A stretch of DNA of 38,706 nt from Octopus sinensis (taxonomy: Eukaryota). The notes beneath the pieces were generated by a model, which was not told the origin of the DNA, ran no database searches, and was given only the letters and a program-made list of their open reading frames with translations. Below, piece after piece: positions 35,711-38,706 of this stretch (position 1 is the stretch's first letter; every line of letters starts with the position of its first letter). The stretch lies in assembly GCF_006345805.1 (NCBI RefSeq), contig NW_021836766.1, positions 1-38,706 on the forward strand, written 5' to 3'. Both the position numbers and the translations under genes were made by a program.

Positions 35711-36669
35711 AATGTAATTAGTAGCGGCTCGTAGATAAAATTAGCGTGGGTGCTGCTTCAGAAAATTTTTAACCGTTGTTTTAATGTTGTGTTAAAGGAA
35801 ACAAATGTATAAATAGAAAATTTATAAATAAACTTGATCGGTTCGCGTTTTAGCCACTGCCGGGTAGTGTGTTTAATTTTTTCACTAAAGACCACCGCCA
35901 ATTCCCCCTTGTTTTTCAAGAATACCCCCCCAATCACAAAATAAGTGTGGGTGGGGGGATGTGTCCTATTTTTCAAATCCTGGCAGCAACACTGAAGCTT
36001 GAAGCAGGATAATAATCTAATTCTACACTTTATCACATTCAAGAATATAAACATTATTTTAAGCATAACACATGCGGAGTCAAAAAGAAACATTACCGTT
36101 CACCCGGCACTGTCATTCAGGCAGTGCTCTCTCACCCTAGTATGAAGCTTCCTATCTCGGACATGTGAGCATGCGCACAACAACCAAACACCACGTCGCT
36201 GGAACTGTGAAGCGCACAGTTCTATACAAGGATTTTTGTATTTTTTCATAAACTAGGGGATGGCTACTGACATTAAGCTTAAGGATTATATAATGTACAA
36301 GTATAAAGAAAGAAATAAAGAAAAAAAATTACTCATTATATTGAATGTTATCGCTAATATCGAGTGGAAATAAGGGGCGCTGCAGTTCCGCAGTGCCTAT
36401 ACACGAGCCGCCACTGGATGTAATTAACTTACCCTTCTGCGAAATTGCTGGCCTTGTGCCCCAAATCGAAACCATTATTAGTAATGGCGTTCATTTAGTA
36501 CACAACCTAAGGTAGCTTCCTGTACTCCTTATGTAAGTGGAGTTTTTTTTTTTAATGAAAAGGAGCTGATTGTGAAATCGGTGGAGTACCTGACAATTCT
36601 CCACCACGGCTCTTAAGGTTCCGAGTTTATGTGTTGCTGAAGACGTGTTTGGCAGCTAACCCCAACCAT

Positions 36670-36960
36670 TGTCGATAAATGACACGATGGCAGTCTCTCT
36701 AGAAAGATGGTTCTGCTGCAATTTTTCGATCACTATAAACGAACGATTTGTTTATAGTGATCAAATGTTTATGTCGTACATTAGCTTTCTCACTCCATCA
36801 AATCGACAGGTGCACAGTGTACCACACGTCAGGTGTCGAAGTGTTCGCAGAGATGAAGTGTTTTGCTTAAGAATACAACGGACTACCCGGTCCAAGAATT
36901 GAAACCACCATCTGGCGATCGTGAGTGCAACACCCCAACCGTTAGGCTATGCTCCCTCCG
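36670..36960 (-). mobile_element. tRNA-derived SINE related to 1275-1566
   Basis: Shared central block, and a minus-strand head GGAGGGAGCATAGCCTAACGGTTGGGGTGTTGCACTCACGATCG...GGTTTCAATTCTTGG. Confidence 0.65.
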
Positions 36961-37027
36961 ATAAGTGACATATCACTTATACATACATACAAACACACAC
37001 ATACACACATACACGCACGCACGCACA

Positions 37028-37074
<47 letters not shown>

Positions 37075-37077
<3 letters not shown>

Positions 37078-37245
37078 CTTCATTAGTAATATAGTCCTTC
37101 CATCTTCCATCGAATCTTCATGGTTACTCGAAGTTTCTGCTGGAAACATTCCATTTTCTTCAAGTCACGTCGATACAACTTCCAAGTCTCATAGCCGTAG
37201 AGGAGTGTGGAAAGGATGACAGCTCGGAGATACCATGATTTTCGT
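37075..37245 (-). mobile_element. Short RTE-clade LINE fragment
   Basis: YLRAVILSTLLYGYETWKLYRRDLKKMECFQQ..LR..MKIRW. Confidence 0.8.
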
Positions 37246-37256
37246 TTGGATGATGA

Positions 37257-37300
37257 ATCGCCAGGCTTCATCGCCAGGCTTCATCGCCAGGCTTCATCGC
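37257..37300. repeat. 13-bp tandem repeat ATCGCCAGGCTTC x3.4
   Basis: Direct reading. Confidence 0.9.
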
Positions 37301-37345
37301 TGAATCCACAAGTTTTTTTTTCTTTTTTTTTCTTTATCTCTCCCT

Positions 37346-37381
37346 GTTTCTGTTGAAGAGCGTGGGTTCGAAACGTGAAAC
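37346..37381 (+). ncRNA. Degenerate hammerhead motif, family B (core CUGUUGA, cleavage triplet GUG; likely inactive), within a Penelope-like repeat to ~37472
   Basis: GTTT-CTGTTGA-A-GAGC(GTGG)GTTC-GAA-ACGT-G-AAAC. Confidence 0.45.
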
Positions 37382-37620
37382 CTTTTTCACTTTCCCGAGC
37401 GTCAAACTAATACACCTGCTTGTTGTTCATACACCTGTCTTTGTCTTTTGCTTTTCTGTAAATTTCAACTATATATGAGTGTGTGGAGTTTATATATATG
37501 ATTATATATAGATATATATAATTTAATCCAAACGGGAAACAAAAAAACAACAACAATGGAACAATTACAGTATTATTATTAATAGGCGCTCAGGAAAAGG
37601 AAGCAGGGATTTATATATAT

Positions 37621-37658
<38 letters not shown>

Positions 37659-37929
37659 GATATTATATATATATTATATTATATTATATATACGTATATG
37701 TATATATGTGTTATATATATATATATTAAGAGAGAGAGAGATACACATACATTACATAACACCACACACGCATACATACATATATATATAAATACACACA
37801 CGGTCATACACACACACACACACGGTCACACACATACAAGCATACATCCTGCCATATATACATGTGTGTGTGTGTGTCTGTGTGTCTTTGTGTCTATGTT
37901 TACCACCCACCACCACCACCACCACCACT

Positions 37930-38115
37930 GATTGAAAACCGGCGTCGGTGTGTTTACCTCCCTCTAAATTAGTAGTTGAACATGAACCAGACTGACAGAA
38001 TAAGTACCAGGCTTAAAAAAAAAAAGAAAAGAACTAGGGTCGATTAGCGCGACGAAAACCCTTCAAGGCGGTGCTCTAGCATGGCCGCAGCCTAATTAAC
38101 CGGAATAAGTAAAAC
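37930..38115 (+). mobile_element. SINE family A 3' portion, degenerate
   Basis: GACAGAATAAGTACCAGGCTT...CCCTTCAAGGCGGTGCTCTAGCATGGCCGCAG. Confidence 0.7.
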
Positions 38116-38339
38116 CTTAATCTCACCCAACTTCCATAAGATTTACTTAAGGTCAGTATCTTTAATGCTGACCGTTTCATTAGAAATACGAGAAGGCGTG
38201 AGGTATTTTGCAGGTCACTTAAATTACATCAGTTTTACTGGTTTTTTTTTCCTTCAGTTTTTTAATAGCAACAACGTCAAAATTGTTGCGCAACTTTCCC
38301 ATTAAATTCAACACCATTTTATTCTCAAACACATTTCCT

Positions 38340-38385
<46 letters not shown>

Positions 38386-38706
38386 TCCCTTTCTTTCTTT
38401 CTTTCTTCCTTCCTTCCTTCTTTTCTTCCTTTTTCGTTTCCTTTTTTTTTACTACATTGTAAGTTTCTACCTGTCTTTGTACTACCACCACCACTACCAC
38501 CACCGCCACCACCACCACCACCACCACCGCCACCAACAACAATGACAACGAAGACGACAACAACATTATTAGATCCGGTTAAATGAATTTAATAAATATC
38601 ATAGGGGTAACAGTGGGATACCTTTTATGTACATATACAGAAACAGGCAGACACCCATTCACACACAAGTACGCTCTCCACCATATATGTGTGTGTGTGT
38701 GTGTGG

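Noticed and set aside
37257-37300. 13-bp repeats as a CRISPR-like array
   Set aside because: The units are contiguous with no spacers, and the context is eukaryotic.

Overview
AT-rich animal genomic DNA packed with microsatellites and mobile-element debris. The tRNA-derived SINE families and the repeat landscape match my recollection of octopus (coleoid cephalopod) genomes; this is an inference, not a database hit. Almost every ORF in the supplied track is a microsatellite artefact or a TE fragment. The one convincing host coding sequence is a 97-codon first exon (8400-8690, +) ending at a phase-0 GTGAGT donor. It carries the N-terminal 'LAGLxELxxL' motif of Dapper/DACT proteins. I found no second exon, so 8691-38706 is probably one long intron. 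Mobile elements identified: a complete but degenerate Tc1 (DD34E), a hAT MITE with an 8-bp TSD, other MITE/foldback elements, a Helitron-like end, LINE fragments (RTE, R4/Dong, HERO-like, CR1, Tx1/L1), many SINEs and several Penelope-like terminal-repeat families. Most notable: (1) a Dact-like gene in what appears to be a mollusc; (2) at least three distinct type I hammerhead-ribozyme families, some with covarying stems, one with a very large stem II insertion, several inside fold-back duplications and several in sense orientation in the putative intron; (3) an R4/Dong subfamily apparently tied to (CATA)n microsatellites; (4) an RTE copy with twin-priming-like 5' inversion geometry.
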